A DNA stretch of 24,784 nt from Acidimicrobiales bacterium (GTDB lineage: Bacteria; Actinomycetota; Acidimicrobiia; Acidimicrobiales; RAAP-2): contig JBEKVF010000001.1 in the NCBI GenBank assembly GCA_049514295.1, forward strand, positions 1 through 24,784. Direction: 5' to 3'. A program made the translations under genes and the position numbers. The number at the start of each line of letters is the position of its first letter. Within the stretch, counting starts at the first letter, position 1. Positions 7,292 to 14,947 of the stretch are shown one piece after another. Under the pieces are notes generated by a model. The model ran no database searches. It had not been told where the DNA came from and saw only the letters and a list, made by a program, of their open reading frames with translations.

Positions 7292-8018
7292 GGAACAGGT
7301 CCTCCTCAGGCGGCCGGATGATCTCGGCCCGGACCGAGGCGGGGCGGAGCCACTCGGACGGGACGCCGCGCACGATGGCGACCGGGATGCCGCGGTCCTT
7401 GCCCATGACGAGCTCGGCGGCGGAGGCCAGTTCGTCGGCGACGCAGATCTCGGTGGCGACGAGTTCGCGGCCGCCTGCATCGCGGGTGCCCTTCAGGTCG
7501 AGCACGGCGGCCACCCCCGCGCACCCGATGGCCACGTCGGTGACGCCGCGCCGCCAGGCTCGGCCGAACGTGTCGGAGACGATGACCCCCACGTCGACGC
7601 CGAGGGCGTTGCGCAGGCCGGCCCGGATCCCCCGCGCCGAGCGATCGGGGTCGTCGGGGAGGAGCGCAGCCGTCCCGTCGACCACGTTGGACAGGTCGAC
7701 CCCGGCATTGGCACAGATGAAGCCGTGCCTGGTCTCGGTGATCACGAGGTCGCCCCGGCGCCGCAGGACACGCACCGACTCCCGTTCCACCAGCGCCAAT
7801 TTGGCGCCGGCGTCGGCGTGGTTGATCGGGACCAGCTTTCCCTCGGCCTTCGACACGATCTTCTGCGTGACCACGACGACGTCGCCGGCGAGCAACGCCG
7901 GCCCCTCCGGCCGCACCGGCGCCACGGCACCAGCGATGAGCCCCGCCAGGTCGGTGCCGGGCACCACCTCGCCGATGCCGGGCACCGGGAGCACGAGCAC
8001 ACCGTCAGACTGCGGCAT
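7287..8018 (-). CDS. cofE: Coenzyme F420-0:L-glutamate ligase, single-domain, 243 aa
   Basis: 'GDVVVVTQKIVSKAEG', 'ETRHGFICANAGVDLSN', 'LLPDDPDRSA', 'VIVSDTFGRAWRRGVTDVAIG', 'ADELASAAELVMGK' and terminal 'DLFR'. Adjacent to cofD. Confidence 0.95.
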   Translation of the reverse strand: MPQSDGVLVLPVPGIGEVVPGTDLAGLIAGAVAPVRPEGPALLAGDVVVVTQKIVSKAEGKLVPINHADAGAKLALVERESVRVLRRRGDLVITETRHGFICANAGVDLSNVVDGTAALLPDDPDRSARGIRAGLRNALGVDVGVIVSDTFGRAWRRGVTDVAIGCAGVAAVLDLKGTRDAGGRELVATEICVADELASAAELVMGKDRGIPVAIVRGVPSEWLRPASVRAEIIRPPEEDLFR

Positions 8019-8952
8019 CGACCACCACCCGGGCGAGCTCGGCCGCCCGCTCCGGTGAGCTCATCACGGTGGGGGTCACGATGCAGCGGACCCCCTCGGC
8101 CTCCACGTCGGCGGCGCGCTCCGCGTCGGCGGTGTCCACGACGAGCGTGCCGGCCCACGGCGCGTACAGGCGGGCCACGCCCACCACGGACGCCTCGGTC
8201 CCGAGCTCGGCCATGAGCCGGTCGGCGGGGCCCCTGAGGGCGGCGCCGGCGATGATCGGTGAGACCGCCACGACCCGTGCCCGCCGGGTGGCCAGGATCT
8301 CGCGCACACCGGGCACGGCGAGCACGGGCCCGATGGAGACGACAGGGTTGGAGGGGCACACGACGATCGTGTCCGCCTGTTCGAGGGACTCCGTGACGCC
8401 CGGGGAGGGACGGGCGGCGCTGGCTCCCTCGAACCGGACGCCGTTGACCGCCACGTCGTGGTGGAGGCGGACGAAGTAGTCCTGGAAGCCGACCTCGGTC
8501 CCGGCCGGGCCCAGCGAACTCGCCTCGGCCAGGGTGACCCGGGTGCGCAGCGGGTCGTCGGTCACGGGCAGCAACCGCACCGCGATGCCGCGCCGGCGGC
8601 ACAGCTCCGCCGTCACCGAGCTCAGCGTCTCGCCCCCGCGCAGCCGGCCGGTCCGGAACAGATGCGTCGCCAGGTCGCGGTCGCCGAGCCGGAACCAGTC
8701 CTCGCCACCGAGTCGGCCCAGCTCGTCCATGACCGCCCAGCTCTCACCGGCCACGCCCCAGCCGGCGTCGCGGTTGTCCATGCCGGCCAGGGTGTAGGTG
8801 ACGGTGTCCAGGTCGGGGCTGATGTGCAGGCCGTGTAGGACCATGTCGTCGCCGACGTTGACAATGGCGGTGATGTCGTCCGGTGGCACGACGCGCACGA
8901 GCCCCGAGAGCATCCGGGCGGCCCCGACGCCGCCGCACAGGGCCACCAGCAC
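8005..8952 (-). CDS. cofD: 2-phospho-L-lactate (phosphoenolpyruvate) transferase CofD/FbiA, 315 aa
   Basis: 'LCGGVGAARML', 'NVGDD', 'GLHISPDLDTVTYTLAG', 'WFRLGDRDLATH', 'FQDYFV', 'PSNPVVSIGP'. Start set at GTG 8952; the rest of ORF 8005..9636 is antisense to the acyl-CoA ligase. Overlaps the cofE start by 14 nt. Confidence 0.95.
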   Translation of the reverse strand: MLVALCGGVGAARMLSGLVRVVPPDDITAIVNVGDDMVLHGLHISPDLDTVTYTLAGMDNRDAGWGVAGESWAVMDELGRLGGEDWFRLGDRDLATHLFRTGRLRGGETLSSVTAELCRRRGIAVRLLPVTDDPLRTRVTLAEASSLGPAGTEVGFQDYFVRLHHDVAVNGVRFEGASAARPSPGVTESLEQADTIVVCPSNPVVSIGPVLAVPGVREILATRRARVVAVSPIIAGAALRGPADRLMAELGTEASVVGVARLYAPWAGTLVVDTADAERAADVEAEGVRCIVTPTVMSSPERAAELARVVVDAAV

Positions 8953-8958
8953 GGTGCG

Positions 8959-8964
8959 AGCATA
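8959..8964 (-). promoter_or_regulatory. Putative -10 box (TATGCT) of a leaderless cofD-cofE transcript
   Basis: Minus strand reads TATGCT-cgcacc-GTG(8952). Confidence 0.65.
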
Positions 8965-9018
8965 GGAGCGTCGGGCCGGGGGTCCTTCCGGCGGCCCCTG
9001 GTACCATCGCCGCCCGCC

Positions 9019-10668
9019 ATGCCAGAGCGCATCCCATCGGATCGGCACGGGACCGTCGTGTCGGTTCTGCGGGAGGCGGCCCGGGTCAACGGCCAGGTCG
9101 AGGCCTACGTGGAGCCCGCCGGGCGCGCGGAGCGTCGCTCCCTCACCTTTGCCGAGTGGGACCGTGCCGCCGACGGGGTGGCGGGCTACCTGGCCCGTCG
9201 CGGCGTCGCCAAGGGGGACGTCGTGTGCCTGCTCCTGCCGTCGTGCATCGAGTACGCCGTGCTCTACGCCGCACTGCTGCGGCTGGGCGCCATCACCTCG
9301 GGGATCAACCCCCGCATGGGCGCCGGCGAGGTGGCCTCCATCGTGGAGCGGGCGGCGCCGGTGCTCCTGGTGGCGGACCGCGAGGCGGCGCCGCTGCCCG
9401 ATGCCGTGGCCGTGGCGGAGCGCGCCGAGGTCCGGGCGTCGTGGGGGGGCGAACCGCCGCGGGAGTGGCCCGAGCTCGCTCCCGACGACCCGGTGGCCGT
9501 GGTCTGGACCAGCGGGACCACGGGCAAGCCCAAGGGGGCCGTCTTCGACCACGCCAACCTGGCCGCGGTGGCCCGGGGTACCGACGTGCTGAGCCAGCCT
9601 GGTGACCGCCGGCTGTCGCCGCTTCCGTTCGCGCACGTCGGCTACATGACGCGGGCGTGGGACGAAATCGCCAATGCCGTGACGACGATCATCACGCCCA
9701 CTCCGTGGCGGGCCGACGATGCCGTCCGTATCTTGACGGACGAGCGGGTGACCGTGGGCCAGGGCGTGCCCACGCAGTGGGCGCTCATGCTGGCCAGCGA
9801 GGAGCTCGGGCGCGCCGACCTGGGTGCGCTGCGCGTTGCCGGGACCGGCGCGGCGCGCATGACGGCGTCCATGGTCGCCGAGGTGCGCCGCCGTTTCGGC
9901 GTCCCCGTCGTGGTGCGCTACACGTCGACCGAGTCGTCTCTCGGGACCGGCACCACGCTGGCGTCGTCCGACGAGGAGGTGGCGACCACCGTCGGGCGGC
10001 CGGTCGCCGGGGTCGAGCTCGCGATCGTCGACGACGAGGGACGGCCCGTTCCCGCCGGGTCGGTCGGCCGGGTGAAGCTGCGCTCCGCGGCGACGATGCG
10101 CGGGTACTGGGGGCGCGGACCGGGCCGGGGGCGGACCGTTGACGAGCTGCTCGACGCGGAGGCCACCGCGTCAGTCCTCGCACCCGACGGCTGGCTGACC
10201 ACGGGTGACTTCGGGCGGCTCACCCCTGAGGGGAACCTCCAGCTGTCGGGCCGGGCCCACGAGCGCTACATCCGGGGTGGCTACAACGTGTACCCGGCCG
10301 AGGTGGAGGAGGCCCTCTCGTCGCATCCCGGGGTCGCCCGGGCCGCGGTCGTCGGCGTGCCCGACGAGGTCCTCGGCGAAATCGGTGTGGCCGTCGTGGT
10401 GGCCGAGGCCGGTGCGGCGCCGGAGCTGGACGCGTTGCGCGAGCACTGCTCCCGGACGCTGTCGGACTACAAGGCTCCAGACGCACTGGTGGTCGTCGAC
10501 GAGCTGCCGCTGACCCCGATGATGAAGGTCGACCCGGGCCGGCTCGCCGCCGTGGCCGCACAGGGGGCCGAGGAGCGGCGTTCGCTCCTGGGGCGGAATC
10601 GTCGCCCGGCCTCCGGGGTGCTAGGCAGTGGCCCCATCGGAGAGGCCGATGAGGAGGAGCGTGCATGA
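9019..10668 (+). CDS. Class I adenylate-forming enzyme (fatty-acyl/aryl-CoA ligase family), 549 aa
   Basis: AMP-binding P-loop 'WTSGTTGKPKG', 'YTSTE', 'GWLTTGDFG', 'SGR..E..IRGGYNVYPAEVE' and A10 lysine in 'PLTPMMKVD'. A possible -10 TACCAT lies at 9002-9007. Confidence 0.92.
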   Translation: MPERIPSDRHGTVVSVLREAARVNGQVEAYVEPAGRAERRSLTFAEWDRAADGVAGYLARRGVAKGDVVCLLLPSCIEYAVLYAALLRLGAITSGINPRMGAGEVASIVERAAPVLLVADREAAPLPDAVAVAERAEVRASWGGEPPREWPELAPDDPVAVVWTSGTTGKPKGAVFDHANLAAVARGTDVLSQPGDRRLSPLPFAHVGYMTRAWDEIANAVTTIITPTPWRADDAVRILTDERVTVGQGVPTQWALMLASEELGRADLGALRVAGTGAARMTASMVAEVRRRFGVPVVVRYTSTESSLGTGTTLASSDEEVATTVGRPVAGVELAIVDDEGRPVPAGSVGRVKLRSAATMRGYWGRGPGRGRTVDELLDAEATASVLAPDGWLTTGDFGRLTPEGNLQLSGRAHERYIRGGYNVYPAEVEEALSSHPGVARAAVVGVPDEVLGEIGVAVVVAEAGAAPELDALREHCSRTLSDYKAPDALVVVDELPLTPMMKVDPGRLAAVAAQGAEERRSLLGRNRRPASGVLGSGPIGEADEEERA

Positions 10669-11492
10669 GCCCCACTACGAGAGTCGGGGAGTCCGACCCC
10701 AACCGGGGGACCGCCCCCGAGGCGATCACACCCGGCCGCTACACCGGGCACGTGGCGGTGGTGACCGGGGCCGGGTCCGGTATCGGGCGTGCCACGGCTC
10801 GGCGCCTCGCCGCCGAAGGTGCCGCGGTGGCCTGCCTCGACCTGGCCGAGGACGCCATCGACTCGGTGGCATCCGAAATCAACCGGGAGGCCGCTGATGC
10901 GGGAGGGTGCGCCATCTCTGTGCGCTGTGACGTCACCGACGAGGATGCGGTCGCCGCTGCGGTGTCCCAGGCGCGCGAGGAGCTCGGGCACATCACCAAC
11001 CTGTGCAACATCGCCGGCATCGGCGGCTTCTCCCACACGCCCGAGCAGTCACTGAGCGGCTGGGACAAGATCATCGCCGTCAACCTGACGGGGACGTTCC
11101 TCATGTGCCGTGCCGTGCTGCCGGGCATGATCGAGCACGGCGGCGCCATCGTGAACACCGTGTCGACGGCGGGCATGAAGGGCCAGCCGTACTCGGCGGC
11201 CTACTGCGCGTCGAAGGGTGGTGTGAGGCTGCTCACCATGGCGCTCGCCGTCGAGTACATGGCGCGCGGCGTCCGCGTGAACGGCGTTGCTCCCGGTGGC
11301 GTGGACACGCCCATCATCCACAACTTCGGCCCGCCCGAGGATGCCGACTGGAAGCTCATCGAGCGGCTGATGTCCCCGATCGGCTTCGCCTACCCGCACG
11401 AGATCGCCGGGGCCTTCGCCTACCTCGGGTCGCACGAGGCGGATTACGTGACGGGCGCGATCCTCTCCATCGACGGGGCGATCACGACCTGA
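10665..11492 (+). CDS. Classical short-chain dehydrogenase/reductase (SDR), probably NAD(H)-preferring, 275 aa
   Basis: 'VAVVTGAGSGIG', acidic residue after beta-2 (CLDL), 'NIAG', catalytic 'YCASK', 'VNGVAPG', 'TGAILSIDG'. ATGA overlap with the ligase stop; SD GAGGAGG upstream. Confidence 0.95.
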   Translation: MSPTTRVGESDPNRGTAPEAITPGRYTGHVAVVTGAGSGIGRATARRLAAEGAAVACLDLAEDAIDSVASEINREAADAGGCAISVRCDVTDEDAVAAAVSQAREELGHITNLCNIAGIGGFSHTPEQSLSGWDKIIAVNLTGTFLMCRAVLPGMIEHGGAIVNTVSTAGMKGQPYSAAYCASKGGVRLLTMALAVEYMARGVRVNGVAPGGVDTPIIHNFGPPEDADWKLIERLMSPIGFAYPHEIAGAFAYLGSHEADYVTGAILSIDGAITT

Positions 11493-12664
11493 GCCGCGTC
11501 GACACGTCCCGGGGCGCAGAGCCGACGCGCCTTCGCGTCGCGCTCGATGCGACGCCGCTTCTCGGTCTGCCCACCGGCATCGGGGCCTTCTGCCAGGGCG
11601 CGCTCGCTGCATTGGCGGGGCGCCCTGGCATCGATGTGCGTGCCTACGCCGTGAGCTGGCGCCGGCGCCACCTCATCGACGCCCACCTCCCGGCCGGTGT
11701 CGCTGCGCACCAATGGCCGATGCCGGCCCGGCCGCTGCACGCGCTGTGGGGGCGCGGCGACGTCCCGCCGGTGGAGTGGTTCATCGGCGCGGCCGACGTC
11801 GTGCACGGCACGAACTTCGTGGTCCCGCCGACCGGACACGCCGCGGCCGTCGTCTCGGTGCACGACCTGACCCCGCTCCATCATCCCGAGCTGTGCAACG
11901 CGGCGACCCTGGCCTATCCCGGGCTGATCCGCCGCGCCCTCGGACGCGGCGCATGGGTCCACGCCGACTCCGCCTTCGTCGCCGGTGAGGTCAGCGAGGC
12001 GTTCGGTGCCGACCCCGCCCGCGTGCGGGTGGTGGCGCCTGGCATCCCGGATCTGCCTCCCGTCACCGCCGCTGAGGCCGCCAGCACGGTCGGCCGGCTG
12101 CTGCCCCCGGGGACCGGGCGCTTCTGCCTCGCGGTCGGGACCGCGGAGCCCCGCAAGGACCTGCCCGGCCTGGTGCGGGCGTTCGGCGAGGTGGCTGTTC
12201 GACACGGCGACGTCTCGCTCGTGCTCGCCGGCCCACCCGGGTGGGGCGAGGAGGCGTTGGCGTCGGCGGTCGCCGTATCGGCGGCCCGCGAGAGGATCGT
12301 CCGGACGGGGTGGGTCGAGGCGCCCGACCTGGCCGCGCTGCTCGGCCGGGCCGCCGTCCTGGCCTACCCGTCGCTCTACGAGGGGTTCGGCTTCCCGCCG
12401 TTGCAGGCCATGCGGGCCGGCGTGCCGGTGGTGGCCAGCCGTGCCGGTTCGCTGCCCGAGGTTCTCGGGGACGGCGCCCTGATGGTGGAACCTGGCGACC
12501 ACGACGCGCTCGTCGACGCGCTCGACTCGTGCCTGGCGGACGAGGCCCTGCGCGCCAGGCTCATCGCGGCGGGCGCCACCTGGTCCGCCCGGTTCTCGTG
12601 GGAGCGGTGCGGTGCCGGCCTCGAGGACCTCTACCGCGACGCGGCGGGCGGCAGGCGTGACTGA
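11489..12664 (+). CDS. Glycosyltransferase family 4 (GT-B), copy 1; start codon uncertain (probably CTG 11489)
   Basis: 'RVALDATPLLGLPTGIG', 'DVVHGTNF', 'VSVHDL', 'VGTAEPRKDL', 'YPSLYEGFGFPPLQAM'. There is no in-frame ATG, GTG or TTG between the SDR stop and the first beta-strand. Confidence 0.9.
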   Translation: MSRVDTSRGAEPTRLRVALDATPLLGLPTGIGAFCQGALAALAGRPGIDVRAYAVSWRRRHLIDAHLPAGVAAHQWPMPARPLHALWGRGDVPPVEWFIGAADVVHGTNFVVPPTGHAAAVVSVHDLTPLHHPELCNAATLAYPGLIRRALGRGAWVHADSAFVAGEVSEAFGADPARVRVVAPGIPDLPPVTAAEAASTVGRLLPPGTGRFCLAVGTAEPRKDLPGLVRAFGEVAVRHGDVSLVLAGPPGWGEEALASAVAVSAARERIVRTGWVEAPDLAALLGRAAVLAYPSLYEGFGFPPLQAMRAGVPVVASRAGSLPEVLGDGALMVEPGDHDALVDALDSCLADEALRARLIAAGATWSARFSWERCGAGLEDLYRDAAGGRRD

Positions 12665-13799
12665 GGGCCCGCCGCCGTCAGTGCTCCTCGCCGTCGAGCA
12701 GCTCCGGCGCCAGGTGCCGGGCGGCATCGGCGCCTACGCCAGGGGCCTCCTCGGCGGGCTGGCGGAGCGCTCCCGGGAGGGTGACCCGGTCGACGTGACG
12801 CTCCTGGCCAGCCGGGCCCCGGGCCGCCGGGCCCACGACCCGCTCGCCGCGTTCGGCAAACCGGTCATCGCCTCGTGGCTCCCGGGCCCGCTCCTGACGC
12901 GGGCATGGGACCATGGGTTGCGCCATGCCCCCCCGGGCTTCGACATCGTGCACTCGGTCTCGTTGGCGGCGCCCACGCTGCGGCGGTCCAGCCGGAGCCG
13001 CCTTGTGGTCACGGTCCACGACGTCGCCTGGCGCCGCCACCCCGAGGCCACGACGCCGCGGGGGAGGCGGTGGCACGAGTTCGCGTTGGTCCGGGCGCGC
13101 GAAGGCGGCGCGGCGCTCATCGTCCCGTCCCGGCTGGTCGCCGCAGACCTGGAGGCGTTCGGCGTCGACGGAGGGCGGATCACCGTCGTGCGGGGCGGTG
13201 CCGACCACCTCCCGGATCCCGACCCGGCCGCGACGGACGAGCTCCTCGGGCGCCTGGGGGTGTCCGGCGAGTTCCTGCTGAGCGTCGGCACGCTCGAGCC
13301 CCGTAAGAACGTGGACCGCCTCGTGCGTGCGTTCCACCGCGTGCGCCCGTCGCTGCCGGCACCGTGGCCCCTGGTGATCGTGGGCCCAGCCGGCTGGGGT
13401 CCGGAGCCGTCCACGCGCCAGGAGACCGACGGCATCGTGTTCACGGGCTCCGTGTCCGGACCCGTGCTCGCGGAGCTCTACCGGCGTGCGCGCGCCTTCG
13501 CGTACGTGCCGCTGACCGAGGGTTACGGGCTGCCGCCGCTCGAGGCCATGCGGGTCGGGACGCCGTCGGTGGTGGCCGACGAGGTGCCGAGCGTCCACGA
13601 CCTGGGCGAGGAGGGGCCGGCGCCGGCCCGCATCGTCGACCCGCTCGACGTCGACGACATCGCGGCCGGGCTCGCGGCAGTCCTCACCGACGACGCGCTG
13701 CGTGCCGACCTCGCGGCGCGGGGGTCCGCGCACGCGCTGACGCGGACCTGGGGGACCGCGGCGCGCGAGCACATCGCCCTGTGGAGGTCGCTGCAGTGA
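12657..13799 (+). CDS. Glycosyltransferase family 4 (GT-B), copy 2, 380 aa
   Basis: GTG start overlapping the previous stop (GTGACTGA); 'PGGIGAY', 'DIVHS', 'VTVHDV', 'VGTLEPRKN', EX7E 'EGYGLPPLEAM'. Confidence 0.92.
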   Translation: MTEGPPPSVLLAVEQLRRQVPGGIGAYARGLLGGLAERSREGDPVDVTLLASRAPGRRAHDPLAAFGKPVIASWLPGPLLTRAWDHGLRHAPPGFDIVHSVSLAAPTLRRSSRSRLVVTVHDVAWRRHPEATTPRGRRWHEFALVRAREGGAALIVPSRLVAADLEAFGVDGGRITVVRGGADHLPDPDPAATDELLGRLGVSGEFLLSVGTLEPRKNVDRLVRAFHRVRPSLPAPWPLVIVGPAGWGPEPSTRQETDGIVFTGSVSGPVLAELYRRARAFAYVPLTEGYGLPPLEAMRVGTPSVVADEVPSVHDLGEEGPAPARIVDPLDVDDIAAGLAAVLTDDALRADLAARGSAHALTRTWGTAAREHIALWRSLQ

Positions 13800-14938
13800 C
13801 TTCCCCGTTCGGTCTCGCGCTCGACGTCTCGGCCGTGCCGCTGCACCCCGGGGGTGCGGGCTACTACACGATGGCCCTGGCGAATGGTCTCTCGGCGCGG
13901 GATGACGTGGACCTGACCCTGATCGCTCGCCGTGGCGACGAGGAACGCTGGAGTGCCCTGGCCTCCGGCGCGGCGGTGCGCGGCGCGGTCCCCGGCTCGC
14001 GGCCGGGCCGACTCGCGTTCGAGCAGCTCGGCCTGTCCTCCGTGCTGCGCTCCCTCGACGTGCGGGTCCATCACGGGCCCCACTACACGATGCCGGCGCG
14101 GTCGCCCGTGCCGTGCGCGGTCACGATCCACGACTGCACGTTCTTCGACCACCCCGAGTGGCACCTCCGGTCCAAGGCGGCCTTCTTCCGCCGGGCCATC
14201 CGCCGCGCCGCCCGCCACGCCGGCGTCCTGATCTGCGTCAGCCAGGTGACCGCAGACCGGCTGCAGGAGTCCTGTGAGGTGCGGGCGCCGGTCGTCGTCG
14301 CGCCGCACGGCGTCGACCACCGCCGGTTCTCGACCACCGAGCCCTCGGAGGGTGCGGACCGGGCCGAGCTGCGCGCGCAGGGCGTGCCCGCCGACCGGCC
14401 GCTGGTGGCCTTCGTCGGCACGCTGGAGCCTCGCAAGGGCGTGGCGCCGCTCGTGGCCGCGTTCGACCTGCTCGCCGACTCCCTACCCGACCCCGTGCTG
14501 GTGCTCGGGGGACAGCCCGGGTGGGGGATGGCCGAGACCGAGCGCGCCCTGGCGGCGGCCCGCCACCCCGAGAGGATCGTGCGCACCGGGTACCTCCCGG
14601 ACCAGGCAGTGCCGGCCCTGCTCCGGCAGGCCTCGGTGGTGGCGTACCCGGCACTCGAGGAGGGATTCGGGTTGCCCGCGCTGGAGGCCTTGGCCTGCGG
14701 TGCCCCGCTCGTGACCACGGAGGGGACGGCGATGGCCGAGGTGGCTCGGGGGGCGGCCCTCCTGGTGCCGCCGGGGGACGTCTCTGCACTGGCCGGAGCA
14801 CTCGGGACGGCGCTCCAGGAGGGGAGCGGGACCGGGCGCCGGGCACTCGGCATCACCGTGGCGGGGGAGCACACGTGGGAGGCGAGCGTGGCACAGCACA
14901 TGCACGCCTATGCGGTGGCCGCGGCGGGCCGGCAGTAG
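13796..14938 (+). CDS. Glycosyltransferase family 4 (GT-B), copy 3, 380 aa
   Basis: GTGA overlap; 'ALDVSAVP..PGGAGYY', 'HGPHY', 'VTIHD', 'FVGTLEPRKG', EX7E 'EGFGLPALEAL'. Confidence 0.92.
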   Translation: MTSPFGLALDVSAVPLHPGGAGYYTMALANGLSARDDVDLTLIARRGDEERWSALASGAAVRGAVPGSRPGRLAFEQLGLSSVLRSLDVRVHHGPHYTMPARSPVPCAVTIHDCTFFDHPEWHLRSKAAFFRRAIRRAARHAGVLICVSQVTADRLQESCEVRAPVVVAPHGVDHRRFSTTEPSEGADRAELRAQGVPADRPLVAFVGTLEPRKGVAPLVAAFDLLADSLPDPVLVLGGQPGWGMAETERALAAARHPERIVRTGYLPDQAVPALLRQASVVAYPALEEGFGLPALEALACGAPLVTTEGTAMAEVARGAALLVPPGDVSALAGALGTALQEGSGTGRRALGITVAGEHTWEASVAQHMHAYAVAAAGRQ

Positions 14939-14941
14939 GGT
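14936..14941 (+). promoter_or_regulatory. Putative internal -10 box (TAGGGT) overlapping the GT4 stop codon; leaderless transcript for the Rmd-like gene
   Basis: TAGGGT-tcgcgg-ATG(14948), the same hexamer as the esterase promoter, with no SD. Confidence 0.5.
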
Positions 14942-14947
14942 TCGCGG

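Noticed and set aside
8973-8997. GGGCCG/CGGCCC inverted repeat between the divergent cofD and ligase promoters
   Set aside because: A 6-bp all-GC stem is expected by chance in this composition.
10665-11492. Mycofactocin- or F420-dependent oxidoreductase because of the nearby cof genes
   Set aside because: It is a classical Rossmann SDR with TGxxxGIG and YxxxK. I see none of the features of F420-binding families and no mft genes in the window.
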